DNA of 36,654 nucleotides, taken from the IMG/VR virus record IMGVR_UViG_2778261064_000029. One strand, given 5' to 3'. The translations under genes were made by a program, and so were the position numbers. The stretch comes from a virus. Its lineage: Duplodnaviria; Heunggongvirae; Uroviricota; Caudoviricetes. Below are positions 1-11,081 of the stretch, piece after piece (the first letter of the stretch is position 1; each line of letters starts with the position of its first letter). The notes under the pieces were generated by a model. That model ran no database searches. It was not told the DNA's origin and saw nothing but the letters and a program-made list of their open reading frames with translations.

Positions 1-26
1 AACCTCGGTTTACAGGAAACGGTAAA
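1..26. repeat. gix-like crossover site of the G segment, partial (cut by window edge); perfect inverted repeat of 3081..3106
   Basis: Window 1..26 aacctcggtttacaggaaacggtaaa is the exact reverse complement of 3081..3106; contains TTCCTGTAAACCGAGGTT core that I recall from Gin/Hin-type sites. Confidence 0.8.
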
Positions 27-963
27 TCAGGCTTCTGGCGCATTGCAGAAAAACAAGAACGGTGAAGATATTCCGAATAAAGATAAATTCATACAAAACA
101 CAGGGGCTTGTCGTGCATTTAGCGGTCAGACTGATATCGATGGTTCACAAGGTGAATGGTCGACAGTTGCATTTATCTCGTGGCTGGAGAATAACGGAGC
201 TTTCCGACATCCATACTGGATGTGTAAAGGGTCATGGTCCTATGCCAGAAACAGGGTTATTACGGATACCGGTTGTGGAAATATCTGCCTTGCCGGAGCC
301 GTGATTGAGGTTATGGGAACCCGCGGCGCAATGACCATACGCGTTACCACGCCGAGCACATCAAGCGGTGGCGGAATTACTAACGCTCAATTCACTTATA
401 TTAATCATGGTGATGCTTATGCTCCTGGCTGGCGACGAGACTACAATACGAAAAACCAGCAGCCTGCATTTGCTTTAGGGCAAACAGGAAGCAGGGTTGC
501 AAATGATAAAGCTGTTGGCTGGAACTGGAATAGCGGCGTTTATGATGCAGATATCAGTGGCGCATCGACATTAATCCTCCACTTCAATATGAATACGGGG
601 AGCTGCCCTGCTGTACAGTTCCGCGTGAATTACAGGAACGGCGGTATTTTTTATCGTTCAGCGCGTGATGGTTATGGATTTGAGGCTGACTGGTCAGAGT
701 TTTACACCACGACCCGCAAACCCTCTGCGGGAGATGTTGGTGCATACACGCAGGCAGAATGTAACTCAAGGTTTATTACAGGTATTCGCCTTGGCGGTCT
801 GTCATCTGTTCAGACATGGAATGGTCCCGGCTGGTCTGACAGGTCAGGTTATGTCGTTACGGGTTCAGTTAACGGAAACCGTGATGAATTAATTGATACA
901 ACTCAGGCAAGGCCAATTCAGTATTGCATTAATGGAACGTGGTATAACGCGGGGAGTATTTAA
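1..963 (+). CDS. Alternative tail-fibre variable cassette (S'v-like), start-less; open frame runs from window position 1 (inside gix) to stop at 961..963; would be fused to the constant S 5' part after G inversion
   Basis: Frame 1 open from position 1 (NLGLQETVN... encoded through the gix repeat); C-terminus ...INGTWYNAGSI parallels S C-terminus ...[11 protein letters not shown]; ORF track 43..963. Confidence 0.8.
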   Translation, partial: NLGLQETVNQASGALQKNKNGEDIPNKDKFIQNTGACRAFSGQTDIDGSQGEWSTVAFISWLENNGAFRHPYWMCKGSWSYARNRVITDTGCGNICLAGAVIEVMGTRGAMTIRVTTPSTSSGGGITNAQFTYINHGDAYAPGWRRDYNTKNQQPAFALGQTGSRVANDKAVGWNWNSGVYDADISGASTLILHFNMNTGSCPAVQFRVNYRNGGIFYRSARDGYGFEADWSEFYTTTRKPSAGDVGAYTQAECNSRFITGIRLGGLSSVQTWNGPGWSDRSGYVVTGSVNGNRDELIDTTQARPIQYCINGTWYNAGSI

Positions 964-965
964 TT

Positions 966-1499
966 ATGATGCACTTAAAAAATATTACTGCTGGCACCCC
1001 TAAAACAAAAGAGCAATACCAGCTAACGAAACAATTTAACATCAAATGGCTTTATACAGAGGATGGGAAAAACTGGTATGAGGAACAAAAGAATTTCCAG
1101 CCAGACACTTTGAAAATGGTCTATGACCATAACGGCGTTATTATTTGTATTGAAAAGGATGTTTCAGCAATTAATCCGGAAGGCGCAAGCGTCGTTGAAT
1201 TACCTGATATTACAGCAAATCGCCGGGCTGATATTTCGGGTAAATGGATGTTCAAAGATGGCGTAGTGATAAAGCGAACTTATACCGAGGAGGAACAGAG
1301 GCAGCAGGCAGAGAATGAAAAGCAAAGCCTGTTGCAACTTGTCAGGGATAAAACCCAGCTATGGGACTCACAGCTACGGCTGGGCATCATTTCCAACGAG
1401 AATAAACAAAAATTAACCGAGTGGATGCTCTATGCGCAGAAGGTCGAATCCACAGACACCTCCAGCCTGCCAGTAACGTTTCCAGAACAACCAGAATGA
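966..1499 (+). CDS. Tail fibre assembly protein, alternative copy (U'-like)
   Basis: 177 aa; strongly similar to minus-strand 1528..2055 product (MMHLKNI..., [29 protein letters not shown]); ATG 2 nt after S'v stop. Confidence 0.85.
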   Translation: MMHLKNITAGTPKTKEQYQLTKQFNIKWLYTEDGKNWYEEQKNFQPDTLKMVYDHNGVIICIEKDVSAINPEGASVVELPDITANRRADISGKWMFKDGVVIKRTYTEEEQRQQAENEKQSLLQLVRDKTQLWDSQLRLGIISNENKQKLTEWMLYAQKVESTDTSSLPVTFPEQPE

Positions 1500-1502
1500 A
1501 AC

Positions 1503-1530
1503 AAGGCCCGCTATCGGGCCTTAATTTTTA
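1503..1530. terminator. Bidirectional hairpin between convergent U' and U genes
   Basis: aaggcccg-ctat-cgggcctt stem-loop followed by taattttta; lies between the two convergent stop codons. Confidence 0.5.
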
Positions 1531-2055
1531 TTCAGGCTTTTGTGGCCATTCAGGATTTGCCGTATCCACACGGCTGACCAGAACACTGTAGCGTTCCCAT
1601 GCTTCCAGTCGTGTGCGTTCCTCGTCTGTTGCCATATTCAGCCTGACAGCGCGTTCCAGCGGCTGGATGACTGATTCAGCTTCGGAAAGCAATGCGGCCT
1701 TTTGTGATTCGGCTTGTTGTTGCTGTTCGTCTGCCGTATAAATCCGTTTAACCACAGCTCCATCCTTAAACATCCACTTTCCTGAATCATCAGCGCGGCG
1801 GTTGGCTGTAATATCTGGAACCTCAACGACGCTAAAACCTTCAGGGTTAAGCGTGGAGGCATCTTTGGTGATGGCGACAATAATATTATTTTCATCGTAA
1901 ACAATCTTTATTGTGTCTGGTTGAAAGTTTTTCACTTCCTCATACCAGTTTTTTTCGTCCTCAGAGTAAAGCCAGATGACTCCGTGTTTCTTTGTTAACT
2001 CATACTGTTCCAGTGTTTTAGCGTTAACCGCTTTTATGTTCTTTAAGTGCATCAT
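1528..2055 (-). CDS. U: Tail fibre assembly protein (Mu U-like)
   Basis: 175 aa, paralog of 966..1499; immediately downstream of the tail fibre gene. Confidence 0.85.
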   Translation of the reverse strand: MMHLKNIKAVNAKTLEQYELTKKHGVIWLYSEDEKNWYEEVKNFQPDTIKIVYDENNIIVAITKDASTLNPEGFSVVEVPDITANRRADDSGKWMFKDGAVVKRIYTADEQQQQAESQKAALLSEAESVIQPLERAVRLNMATDEERTRLEAWERYSVLVSRVDTANPEWPQKPE

Positions 2056-2056
2056 A

Positions 2057-3610
2057 TTAAACGCTCGCTACATTATACCAGGTGCCATTTATATACTTTT
2101 GAACGGGTCTGTAATAAACGCCCGCTATATTATCGGCAGAGTTGGACCCTGTATCCTGAACATTAATACCAGACAATACATGACCTGACGGGCACTGGAA
2201 ATTCCATGTTTGCCAGTTGTTCACACCATAATATTGCTGTGAACCAAGTCGAACATCGTGCACGCCGATTTGTCTGAGGTAAGATGACAACCATCCTCCC
2301 CATGCAGTACCATTAATGTCACCATTCGATGCCAAAGTCGCTCCACCGGCAATTACCGGACCTGGCGAAAAAAATGATTTGTCGTTCGGGTTAAACTGCC
2401 ATAAGGCTCCATTGCCGTTATCGCCACACACATGAATACATGGTACCGGGAATCCCTGCTGTTCAGTCAGCAAATAGCCAAAACTGACGGCTCCCGGATA
2501 CCCCTGTCCATTGCGAATGGACAAGCCCTTAACTATCGGCACGTAATGACCACCAGGAGAGGGATTCCAGGCAAACTGCGTCTGAACAAAAGGCGCAGTG
2601 GCATTATTCAACTGGTCTGCAAATGCGCCACTTCCATCAGGAATTATTCCCTGATGAATATATGCAACCCGCTTATAAAAATCAGCAGATGCGGGTTGAA
2701 GCCCAAATGCCAGTTGTCCATTTGAATAGAATAAAAGGACACCGTCGCCGCCCTGTTTAATACCAGTGTCGTTATCTCCGAGAGTAATGGAATTACCGCC
2801 CAGTGCGTTATCTGTACCAAGCGCCAGCCCACCATCAATTTTGGCCCCGTGGCTGACAGATATAGCACCTGTTCTCAGATTTATAGCGAATGGCCTTAAT
2901 GGGCCGATATCACCGTTTTCGCCTTGTCCTTCAGCCGTCGGAATGAAATGAAGAAAATCTTCTGAACGACGGAAAATAAGACCGAAGGCATCATTGAAAA
3001 TTCGCAGCGCATTCATCGTGCCAATTTTCAGTTCTCCGGTCATTTTATCGCCGGAACGCTGAACGGCGTTACCAGCCCTGTTTACCGTTTCCTGTAAACC
3101 GAGGTTTTGGATAAACAGCGGCTTATTGGGAATATCTGCTCCGTTCCGGTCTTTTGCCAGACGGGCATTAGCATTATCCATCGCAATTTTCACCGCTTTT
3201 GCGGTGGCTGCCAGCGTTTCACTGGGGCTGTCAGTGGCACTGGTTAGCTGAACGAGTCCTTTTTTGTTCAGGCTGGCATCATAGATATCCAGATTTTCAC
3301 GTGCTGTACGCTGTGCTGATGCCCCGGCAGTTTTAATTTCGCTGAGGTTATTTTTTATCAGCAGCGCGTTATTGCTCATAATGGCTTTAATGGACAGTGC
3401 AAGCTGGTTTAATTTTGTTTTATCCGGTTGAATACCGGCTTCTTCCAGCGTGTTTAATAACTCCGCCTGCACAATATTAAACCAGTCCATGCCGGGCCAT
3501 GTGATAACATTATTCCCGTTACCTTCTGAAAACCAGCGAACGATAGCACTACGCTGGGCGGATACGGGCGGCATGACGGTTACGCCGCTGTCGTTATCAA
3601 TATAAAACAT
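2057..3610 (-). CDS. S: Tail fibre protein (Mu S-like), constant part 3115..3610 fused to variable part 2057..3088 in the captured G orientation
   Basis: 517 aa; gix site lies inside the coding sequence at 3081..3114 (encoding ...[14 protein letters not shown]...); Gly/Asn-rich C-terminal receptor-binding region. Confidence 0.9.
   Translation of the reverse strand: MFYIDNDSGVTVMPPVSAQRSAIVRWFSEGNGNNVITWPGMDWFNIVQAELLNTLEEAGIQPDKTKLNQLALSIKAIMSNNALLIKNNLSEIKTAGASAQRTARENLDIYDASLNKKGLVQLTSATDSPSETLAATAKAVKIAMDNANARLAKDRNGADIPNKPLFIQNLGLQETVNRAGNAVQRSGDKMTGELKIGTMNALRIFNDAFGLIFRRSEDFLHFIPTAEGQGENGDIGPLRPFAINLRTGAISVSHGAKIDGGLALGTDNALGGNSITLGDNDTGIKQGGDGVLLFYSNGQLAFGLQPASADFYKRVAYIHQGIIPDGSGAFADQLNNATAPFVQTQFAWNPSPGGHYVPIVKGLSIRNGQGYPGAVSFGYLLTEQQGFPVPCIHVCGDNGNGALWQFNPNDKSFFSPGPVIAGGATLASNGDINGTAWGGWLSSYLRQIGVHDVRLGSQQYYGVNNWQTWNFQCPSGHVLSGINVQDTGSNSADNIAGVYYRPVQKYINGTWYNVASV
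3081..3114. repeat. gix-like crossover site inside the S gene (Sc/Sv junction)
   Basis: Inverted repeat partner of window 1..26; ttcctgtaaaccgaggttttggataa at 3089..3114. Confidence 0.8.
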
Positions 3611-4152
3611 TAGTTATCTCCGTCATGGTAAACAAATTTATAAATCTGATGCGCGGGTTTATATTTCTCCAGTAAACATTCCAGCGCACCCGATTCATAA
3701 ACACGTAACGGCGTCAGAACATTATCCAGCACCGTTGCGTTGCGATAATTTTTAATACCGTAAATATTGACCTGCGTAACCCACTGGCCTTCTGTGGAAT
3801 CCGTCAGCCTGACGGTAAAACCGTACTGCGCAGCCAGCCATTCATAAAAGCGCCGACTCAGATTGCCGGTCATACGCATTTTATTTGCGGCAGCCCGCTG
3901 GCGTTCTGACAGGGTGCCGTTTTCGCTGGTACAGTCCGGCAACCCCAGAAATGATTCCCACTCACCCAGATACCAGCGGGATGTGGACGGGAAACGCTCC
4001 CGCAGCATTTGCCGCGCATCATCCGCCGCAGTGGCAATCACGTCGCTGATGGCCTGCGCCAGCGCAGATAATTTGCTGTCGGGGCTTTTATTCCAGGCAA
4101 GCCCTGACGGCAGTAATTGCAGAAAGGCCGTCTGATAGGGTGTTACAGCCAT
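3610..4152 (-). CDS. Baseplate/tail protein (Mu gp48-like, P2 gpI-like position)
   Basis: 180 aa; synteny immediately upstream of tail fibre gene; overlaps neighbours by 1 and 10 nt. Confidence 0.75.
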   Translation of the reverse strand: MAVTPYQTAFLQLLPSGLAWNKSPDSKLSALAQAISDVIATAADDARQMLRERFPSTSRWYLGEWESFLGLPDCTSENGTLSERQRAAANKMRMTGNLSRRFYEWLAAQYGFTVRLTDSTEGQWVTQVNIYGIKNYRNATVLDNVLTPLRVYESGALECLLEKYKPAHQIYKFVYHDGDN

Positions 4153-5225
4153 TCAATTGTCCCCGGTGTTAACAGTTCCGTATTCTCCGAACGCTGGATC
4201 TCTGTCGGGAAACGCACTTCAAAATCATCCAGACCGGTAACACCTGCCACCGCACGGATAATACGGGAGGGGGCAAGTGCGCCGCCCGGCGTCACCTCAT
4301 TAAAAAACATGGTATTAATGGCGTGAGTAATAGCCTGTTTCAGTTCGGCTGTCTTCGGTGATATATAAATCCGTGGATTTACCGGCTTTGCCTTTGGCGC
4401 AAATACAGTGACATTTACACCGTCAGGCTGTCCGACAATCAGACCAGTGATCGGGTCAGTATGACCGGCGATATAATCCGCCACGCGTTCCACATCTGCC
4501 GGTTGTGGAAAAATATTGCTCCGGTTATCCATAACAAACGTCACCCCGACTGTGCCACCGCCTTTCCATGTCGGAAAACACCAGGCACGGGTAACGCCGC
4601 TGACTTCACGTGCCCAGCGAACGTAATCAAACTGATTACCGCCGAACGGAGGGTACTGGACACAATATTCCAGCCGTGACAGCAGTTCCGCTGCACTCTC
4701 AATATCAGCTCCACCGGAAAACCCTTTTACAGTGATGGCATCGGAAACAACACAGGCAACCGGGGTGATCAACGTTAAAAGGGTATTCTCACCGGTATTT
4801 CCTGCTTCACCGGCAGCCAGTGCGGTAACGGTAATTTCCGTCGTTCCTGCACGGTCAATCACAATGGCATCAGCCAGGCTGTAAACCACACCATCAGCAC
4901 GCTGCCAGCGTGTACCGGCAGGAATGGTGGTCGCTGCCGATGTGGTGACAGTCAGCGGGCCGCTGGCGGCTGTCGCCTGTTTGCGGCGCACGCCCCAGAA
5001 CCGGCAGTGCTCCAGCAACTCATCTTCATCTGCTGTCGACGGGATAATCTGCCGTCCAACCCATGAAATATGCTCGTGACAACCGGCAGCAAGGCCCGCC
5101 TGAGCATAAGCAATGGCACTCAGCGTTTTTTCACGGGCCTGAGGCCAGCTACCCGGCAGGCGCTGTTCAATATTCTGTTCTGTACGGGCAATCAGCGATG
5201 ATAATGTCGGTGGTGAATAAGCCAT
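4143..5225 (-). CDS. Baseplate J-like protein (Mu gp47-like)
   Basis: 360 aa; position and size typical of baseplate wedge J family. Confidence 0.8.
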   Translation of the reverse strand: MAYSPPTLSSLIARTEQNIEQRLPGSWPQAREKTLSAIAYAQAGLAAGCHEHISWVGRQIIPSTADEDELLEHCRFWGVRRKQATAASGPLTVTTSAATTIPAGTRWQRADGVVYSLADAIVIDRAGTTEITVTALAAGEAGNTGENTLLTLITPVACVVSDAITVKGFSGGADIESAAELLSRLEYCVQYPPFGGNQFDYVRWAREVSGVTRAWCFPTWKGGGTVGVTFVMDNRSNIFPQPADVERVADYIAGHTDPITGLIVGQPDGVNVTVFAPKAKPVNPRIYISPKTAELKQAITHAINTMFFNEVTPGGALAPSRIIRAVAGVTGLDDFEVRFPTEIQRSENTELLTPGTIEWL

Positions 5226-5663
5226 TTAAACCCCGTTAAATGCTGCTTTAAACTCATAAGGAATAACGGAACCATCCGGTAATGTCAGTGCAATGTAGAG
5301 GTATAACCAGCCCTGATGTAACTGTTCCGCTCTGACGTTAATCGCACTTACCCGGCCCGCTGTTTTCAGCCATTCCAGCGCCTCTTCGGCATACCCTCTG
5401 GCGCGTTCCAGCGTATCCGGTGTGGCTTTTTCACGTGATAACAGCCACAACCGCGAACCGATGGGGCGGTCGCGGTAACTGTCACCCCACCATCCACGGC
5501 GATCATCTGAACCATCCGGCAGCGTGTCAGAATCCAGCGCGCGCCGGTCGGTAAACAGGGAGATTGTCACATCGGTTGTCAGGCTGTCGTCGGTCAGCAT
5601 ATCAATACCATCCTGCGCAATATCGCCGCGTCCGTTCGTCCAGATAATGGCTAAATCGGTCAT
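5226..5663 (-). CDS. Baseplate wedge protein (Mu gp46-like, GPW/gp25-like)
   Basis: 145 aa; ATGA overlap with upstream gene; synteny. Confidence 0.75.
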   Translation of the reverse strand: MTDLAIIWTNGRGDIAQDGIDMLTDDSLTTDVTISLFTDRRALDSDTLPDGSDDRRGWWGDSYRDRPIGSRLWLLSREKATPDTLERARGYAEEALEWLKTAGRVSAINVRAEQLHQGWLYLYIALTLPDGSVIPYEFKAAFNGV

Positions 5664-6253
5664 TGCATCGGCCCTGTGGTTCCGCCGCTGTCGCCACGGT
5701 GGATATGCTTATCCGTCGATTTGCCATTGATGATGGCATCCGGGGCAGTAATATTGCTGTCGAACTGGCTTTTACCTTTAACGCCCAGACCTTTCTGGAT
5801 CTCAACGTCGCCGGTAAACGTGGTTCTGGGTGTGTCAACGGTCATACTTTCATCAGCGTAAACCTCAACCGTTTTACAAGTAATGATGCAGCGCCCGTCC
5901 TTTGTCAGCCTGATACGATGCCCCTCGTGGTGGTAAATGCCTGCATCACCCGGTTCAAGATTTGTCGGGCGGTAGCGGCGGTCTTCCACCACAACGGCAA
6001 TCCCCTGATCACGTTGTGCGCCTACACAGGCAATCAGCGCCTCTGCGCCCGGCAGGGGAACGCTGAAATGCCCGTAATTTTGCAGGCGCTCCACTTCATC
6101 GGCTTCCTCATCATCCAGCAGACCGACCTGCAGGTTCTGAACCTTTCGCCCGTCGTTAATCACGTTAACAACGGCACGCGCAAGCATCAGACGCACACGA
6201 CGCATCAGCGGTGTCAGCAGGCGGTTCATGGCGGAATCATTTACTCTTTCCAC
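5660..6253 (-). CDS. Baseplate spike/assembly protein (Mu gp45-like, gpV-like); start either GTG 6253 or ATG 6229
   Basis: 197 aa ORF; synteny between hub protein and wedge genes. Confidence 0.75.
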   Translation of the reverse strand: MERVNDSAMNRLLTPLMRRVRLMLARAVVNVINDGRKVQNLQVGLLDDEEADEVERLQNYGHFSVPLPGAEALIACVGAQRDQGIAVVVEDRRYRPTNLEPGDAGIYHHEGHRIRLTKDGRCIITCKTVEVYADESMTVDTPRTTFTGDVEIQKGLGVKGKSQFDSNITAPDAIINGKSTDKHIHRGDSGGTTGPMQ

Positions 6254-7380
6254 GGCGGCGTTTTCTCCGGGTGTCTGCGATAATAATCTTCAACCAGCGC
6301 ATCAATACCGCCGTTACTGTCGCCGCCTTTCCTGTTTTTACGGTCGCTTTCAACCGGCACCAGAAAGCCTTCGCGTGGTGCAAGGCTGACGCGGGTTTTC
6401 AGCCCGTCCTGGTCATTCAGTATCAGGGTGACTTTGCTGACCAGTAATTCCGTGGTTTTGATGGCATATTTCGAGGCATCAATAGTGACCAGCAGGTTCG
6501 GCATCCAGAGTTGCCCGTCCTTGCGTGTCCATCCGTCAATTTCAGCCTCAAAGGTGATGGATTTTGCCAGTCTGCGGCGTTGCTCACGCAGGGCGCGGGC
6601 CTGTGCATCCTTCGCCGTAATTTTGCTGTCAGCAATGATGATCATCGGTCTGTAACGGGTCACATCACTGTCAGTGGCGGTCCCTTTCCGGGAGACGATA
6701 CTTTTCGCATCAATATCATCACCCTCAGCACCATTTGCGCGGGCATACCCCTTGACGGTGTATTCGCTGAACCGGTCGCGGAAGTCTTCCTCAAAATCCA
6801 GTGTCAGCAGATTTTCTCCGAGAACCAGCTCATCAGTGGCTGTGCTGGCAGCCCGGCTGAATACCAGCTCTCCGGCGGCATTGCTGGTCATCAGTACACC
6901 GCGTGCGCGGGAGGCACGCACCAGCGCCTCATAAACGGTTTCTGAATGGTCCAGCGTGAAGCCGGGAAAAGCTGCCGAACTTTCCTTATCGGAAAGCTCC
7001 CAGCGAACGGTAACGCCATAAGGGGTGCACAGGTCACGCGCAATCTGCTCCAGTGTGCGGTTTTTCCACTGTCCGCCACTGTAAACGGCAGCACAGTCAA
7101 TCAGGTCAGCCGTTTTGTCACGTCCGGCGATAGTGATTTTCATACTGTCAGCGGTCATCTGGCGTCGCCGTGAATCGATATAACCGGTGCAGACAATCTG
7201 CCCCCCGATTTCCAGCGTGAACGCCTTCCCCGGTGCCAGACCGGATAAATCCGTACCCGGTGGCACGTTCACCCCCAGCTCAAAATATCCGGCTACGGAT
7301 TCAATCGAGCGGGTGACAGAGACTGACGTCCAGCCGGTAAAAAGCCTGCCATCCGTTCGCAGCGTGACGGTATTACTCAT
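6241..7380 (-). CDS. P: Tail/baseplate hub protein (Mu P-like, P2 gpD-like)
   Basis: 379 aa; N-terminus [27 protein letters not shown]...; follows the DNA circularisation protein gene. Confidence 0.8.
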   Translation of the reverse strand: MSNTVTLRTDGRLFTGWTSVSVTRSIESVAGYFELGVNVPPGTDLSGLAPGKAFTLEIGGQIVCTGYIDSRRRQMTADSMKITIAGRDKTADLIDCAAVYSGGQWKNRTLEQIARDLCTPYGVTVRWELSDKESSAAFPGFTLDHSETVYEALVRASRARGVLMTSNAAGELVFSRAASTATDELVLGENLLTLDFEEDFRDRFSEYTVKGYARANGAEGDDIDAKSIVSRKGTATDSDVTRYRPMIIIADSKITAKDAQARALREQRRRLAKSITFEAEIDGWTRKDGQLWMPNLLVTIDASKYAIKTTELLVSKVTLILNDQDGLKTRVSLAPREGFLVPVESDRKNRKGGDSNGGIDALVEDYYRRHPEKTPPWKE

Positions 7381-8860
7381 TAATCACCTCAATACTGACA
7401 CCACCGGGAACAAACAACGGGTTGCTGATACCGTTCCTGCGGGCCAGCCGTTGCCAGTTCCGGCTGTTTCCTGTGTAACGGTACAGGGCCACCATTGCAG
7501 GCATCGTCTCCGGCAGGCGGTGCGTTTCACTGCCCGCCAGTTGCAGCCCGCGTTTTTCCAGGTCGGCAACAACCAGCAGACGCAGTTGCGTAAGCTGAAC
7601 GCTGTCTGTCGAAAAGCCCTGCTCAGATGCCGTCAGAATGACGGTATCCAGTGCAGCCCCCAGCATGGCGGCTGTTTTTCCGATATCGGACACACTTTCA
7701 AATACCGGGGGCGTGGCTGTACCACTGTCTGAAAAGGATACCTGTGAAAAGCCGCCGTCCGGGGTTATGGCAGTTAACTGTAACTGTCCCTGTGTGACGG
7801 TAGCAGATGTGCTGCTGGCCCCGCTGGCTGTGCCGGTTGTGGTGGACGGGGCATCCAGTACAGGTGCACGGGCGGCATTATCCATCCGGCGACTGAAATC
7901 CAGTGCCGCAGTCAGTGCCTGGCTGGCAGCTTCTGCCCGGTATGTCTGCGCCGCTGCCAGCATGACGTAGTTCAGTGTGGCAATATTTTTTTCTGCAACC
8001 GGACTGTTGTACGAGGTTGTGATTGTCCCCTGTCTGCCTGCGGTGGCGGCATGGCGACGTTCTAATCGCTGCGCCAGACGGTTCCATGTGGAAAATGCTG
8101 TCCGGGTATCGCATAACGATGAAACGCCGGACAGCGCCCCCATCAGCGAGGAGGCCAGCATGGCAGGCTGGTTAATCAGGCTGGTCACAGAGCCTTTCAT
8201 CGCAGAAAGCGATCCCATCAGACCGCTGACAGTCTGCGTAACCCCCAGATTGTCCACCGCATCACTGATATCATCGATGACACCGGTTACAGCTTCCATC
8301 ACGGCGGTTGCCGCCGCAGTGCCATCTTTTACGGTCTGCCAGACAGAGGACAGCGTATCTCCCAGAGAACCGGTTACAGCAACAGCCTGTGCCGGTACGG
8401 CTGCACTGGTGTCTGTTTCTGCGTCCGGGGCAGTATCCTGCAACGACGGATAAACGGTAACGGTGAACGCGTAATAATTCAGTTCATCCGCTTTAGTGCG
8501 GCATTCCCATGAATCCACCATGACGTCCACAGTGCCGAAATCAGGATGTACCAGCTCACCGCTGCCCGGAGCATCAAGAGCATCCATCAGCGCACCCGCT
8601 TCATCTCTGGCTGTTTCTGCGTTGCTGTTCAGAATGCAGGCGCTGAATGTACGGGAGCGAAGCTTTTTCCCCAGGTCATTGACGCCGCCGGTATCACGTA
8701 ACGGGTACTCACGTTTAACCAGGCGACGTCCGCCAGCCTGTTTTTGCTCCTCGATGACGAGAAACGGCACGTTACGGAACGTGCCTTTGCCGGTTGTTTT
8801 CCTGCCTCCACCGGTTTTATCCCGGACAGCATTAACGGCATTTAAAGCATCTTCAAACAT
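7373..8860 (-). CDS. N: DNA circularisation protein (Mu N-like)
   Basis: 495 aa; immediately downstream of tape measure gene; Ser/Thr/Ala-rich C-terminal half. Confidence 0.8.
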   Translation of the reverse strand: MFEDALNAVNAVRDKTGGGRKTTGKGTFRNVPFLVIEEQKQAGGRRLVKREYPLRDTGGVNDLGKKLRSRTFSACILNSNAETARDEAGALMDALDAPGSGELVHPDFGTVDVMVDSWECRTKADELNYYAFTVTVYPSLQDTAPDAETDTSAAVPAQAVAVTGSLGDTLSSVWQTVKDGTAAATAVMEAVTGVIDDISDAVDNLGVTQTVSGLMGSLSAMKGSVTSLINQPAMLASSLMGALSGVSSLCDTRTAFSTWNRLAQRLERRHAATAGRQGTITTSYNSPVAEKNIATLNYVMLAAAQTYRAEAASQALTAALDFSRRMDNAARAPVLDAPSTTTGTASGASSTSATVTQGQLQLTAITPDGGFSQVSFSDSGTATPPVFESVSDIGKTAAMLGAALDTVILTASEQGFSTDSVQLTQLRLLVVADLEKRGLQLAGSETHRLPETMPAMVALYRYTGNSRNWQRLARRNGISNPLFVPGGVSIEVINE

Positions 8861-8864
8861 GGTT

Positions 8865-10937
8865 TTACCAGCCCGTAATGTAGTTATCGCCCGCGTAAAT
8901 ATTCAGCCCCATACCGTCCTCGGTGACGCGGGAACTGGTCAGACGTAACCCCTCGCCAAGTTCGACGCGCAGCGAGGCTTCCGCATTCACTTTTTGCTCC
9001 TGCGGCTCCTTATCCGGGGCCGTCCATTTCTGATACAGGTCGGTTACAAAACCGCCCAGATACTCCCCGGCGACACTGCCCAGCGTGGCACCGGCAACCG
9101 TACCCAGCGGTCCGGCAAGGCTGCCAACGGCACCGCCGAGCCATGCACCGGCTGTACTGCCAATTGCGCCTGCTTTTTCATGGGTTGACGCCTGCTCATC
9201 CATCAGGACGGGGGCAAGCTGGAGTGCCCCCATTACCGGGCCACCCAGACGTGACAACGCACGACCGGCACCTTTCCCCATCCAGCCCAGCGCCCCGGCA
9301 CCTTTTGTCACAACCCGACCGATCGCACTGCCTGCAAGTTTGTTTCCGATACCGGAAAACCACCCGCCAACAGCACGCCCGGCATCAGCCAGCTTTCCGA
9401 CCGTTCCCGTAACCAGTTGCCCGGCAGCACTGCCTGCAAGCCTGCTCAGAAGACCGGATTTACCGGGTAAAGGTAATGGTGCAGGCCGTGCCGTTACCGG
9501 TACGCCGGGTGGGGGTAATGCCAGTACAGGGCGTGGTGCAGGTAATGCCAGCGGCTGTGGCCCGGACAGCAATAACGGCTGGCGGGGTAACAGCTGGGCC
9601 ATTCTTCCGCCGCTCCGTCCGCGACGACCGCCGCCACTCCCGTAGCCACCAAATCCACGGGGCCAGTTGATGACAAACACACGCTGAATGCCGATACCCT
9701 GCAACAGCGTCTCAGACGTCATGGCATCCGGGACCGGCAGACCTGCCTGCCCACGTTTGCGGTTTCGCATCCAGCGCCACATACGACGCCCGGTTTTAAA
9801 CGGATAACTGGCAACCTGCCATGAGGGTTTTGCCACGGCCCAGCCTGCTCTCAGGGCTTTATTGGCAAGCCAGACAGACACCAGAACAGCAGCCAGTTTT
9901 TTCAGGCTGACAATATTCTGGTCAACCCATGCCAGCGCATCTTTACCCGGTTTCAGCCAGCGCCATAATTCCTGCGCCGCGATTTTTACCGTTCTGAACG
10001 TGGTCAGAAATTTCTGACCAATGTTTTCTGCCAGTGCGTCAAGTTCCCCGGATTTATCCGCCATGTCGTGCCAGTTAAGCACCCGGCGCATCTCGTTCTT
10101 GATTTCTTCAAAGGGGCCGCTGTTTGCCACCTTTATGCGAAATTCAAGCAGGTTAGCTTCCATCTGGGCGAACATCCCGTCCCAGGAGTTCATCGCACTG
10201 GCCTGTGCACCTTTTGACTGTTCTGACAGCGTTCTGAATACCGTCAGAATGGATTTCATGCCCAGCTTGCCCTTTGTACCCAGATCACGGATTTTTTTAA
10301 CGTCCGTTCCCGTTGCATCCGCCAGCGCCTGATAAACGTTGATACCGTAACCGGTCAGCAGGTTGGCATCCGCCGCTGTGATTTGCTGGCGGGCAAACAT
10401 CTGTTTCAGTTGCAGTGAGGCACCCTGTGCAGTGGGTAAATCCCAGCCGTGCATGGCCCCCTGATCCTGCAACATGGTGATGAACTGTTTCGTCTGTTCA
10501 TCCGTCATGCCGAAGCCTTTCGACGAACGGATCTCATCAAGGACACCACTCAGCCCCCACGTGGTGTCCTTCGCGTTCTGCTTCGCCCAGGCCATCATGG
10601 CCTGCGCTCTGACCTTATCGCCGTGATACAGCGAGTTCATGGCGATGATCTGTTGCTCACGCTGGGCGGCTGCACCAATAAACAGTTTATTGGCGGTGTA
10701 ACCCACGCCAGCGATACCCAGCGCCCCGGCTGACAGCATTCGGAATGTACGGGTTGACAGTGAACCCATTCTGTCAATGGCACCAGAAACGCGCACAACC
10801 TCCATACGCAGGGCACGAAGGGAACTTTGCCCGCTACGGGACAGGGCGTTTATCTGGTTCGAATACTGGCGGGAACGCCGGGAAAGATTGCCATTAAGAT
10901 CAATAATGACAGACGCCTTTAAGCGTTTCCCGGTCAT
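8865..10937 (-). CDS. Tail tape measure protein
   Basis: 690 aa; long helical N-terminal half, Pro-rich linker and Gly/Ala-rich C-terminal repeats; position between tube/chaperone and baseplate genes. Confidence 0.85.
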   Translation of the reverse strand: MTGKRLKASVIIDLNGNLSRRSRQYSNQINALSRSGQSSLRALRMEVVRVSGAIDRMGSLSTRTFRMLSAGALGIAGVGYTANKLFIGAAAQREQQIIAMNSLYHGDKVRAQAMMAWAKQNAKDTTWGLSGVLDEIRSSKGFGMTDEQTKQFITMLQDQGAMHGWDLPTAQGASLQLKQMFARQQITAADANLLTGYGINVYQALADATGTDVKKIRDLGTKGKLGMKSILTVFRTLSEQSKGAQASAMNSWDGMFAQMEANLLEFRIKVANSGPFEEIKNEMRRVLNWHDMADKSGELDALAENIGQKFLTTFRTVKIAAQELWRWLKPGKDALAWVDQNIVSLKKLAAVLVSVWLANKALRAGWAVAKPSWQVASYPFKTGRRMWRWMRNRKRGQAGLPVPDAMTSETLLQGIGIQRVFVINWPRGFGGYGSGGGRRGRSGGRMAQLLPRQPLLLSGPQPLALPAPRPVLALPPPGVPVTARPAPLPLPGKSGLLSRLAGSAAGQLVTGTVGKLADAGRAVGGWFSGIGNKLAGSAIGRVVTKGAGALGWMGKGAGRALSRLGGPVMGALQLAPVLMDEQASTHEKAGAIGSTAGAWLGGAVGSLAGPLGTVAGATLGSVAGEYLGGFVTDLYQKWTAPDKEPQEQKVNAEASLRVELGEGLRLTSSRVTEDGMGLNIYAGDNYITGW

Positions 10938-11081
10938 AGAGATTTCCTGATTTAACGGTGATATTGAGAGAGGGTTTTAGCCTGCTGGCAGTGCCGGAAA
11001 AAGCGGGACAGCGGGAGAGACAAGGCCCATTCCGGGCCACTTTTCAGAATAACGCCAATCGCTGTCGCCGCTTTCTCAATA

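Noticed and set aside
5663-6283. 206-aa plus-strand ORF
   Set aside because: Antisense to baseplate genes; no RBS; shadow ORF.
9085-9645. 186-aa Pro-rich plus-strand ORF
   Set aside because: Mirror of the Pro/Gly/Ala-rich region of the tape measure gene on the opposite strand; compositional artefact.
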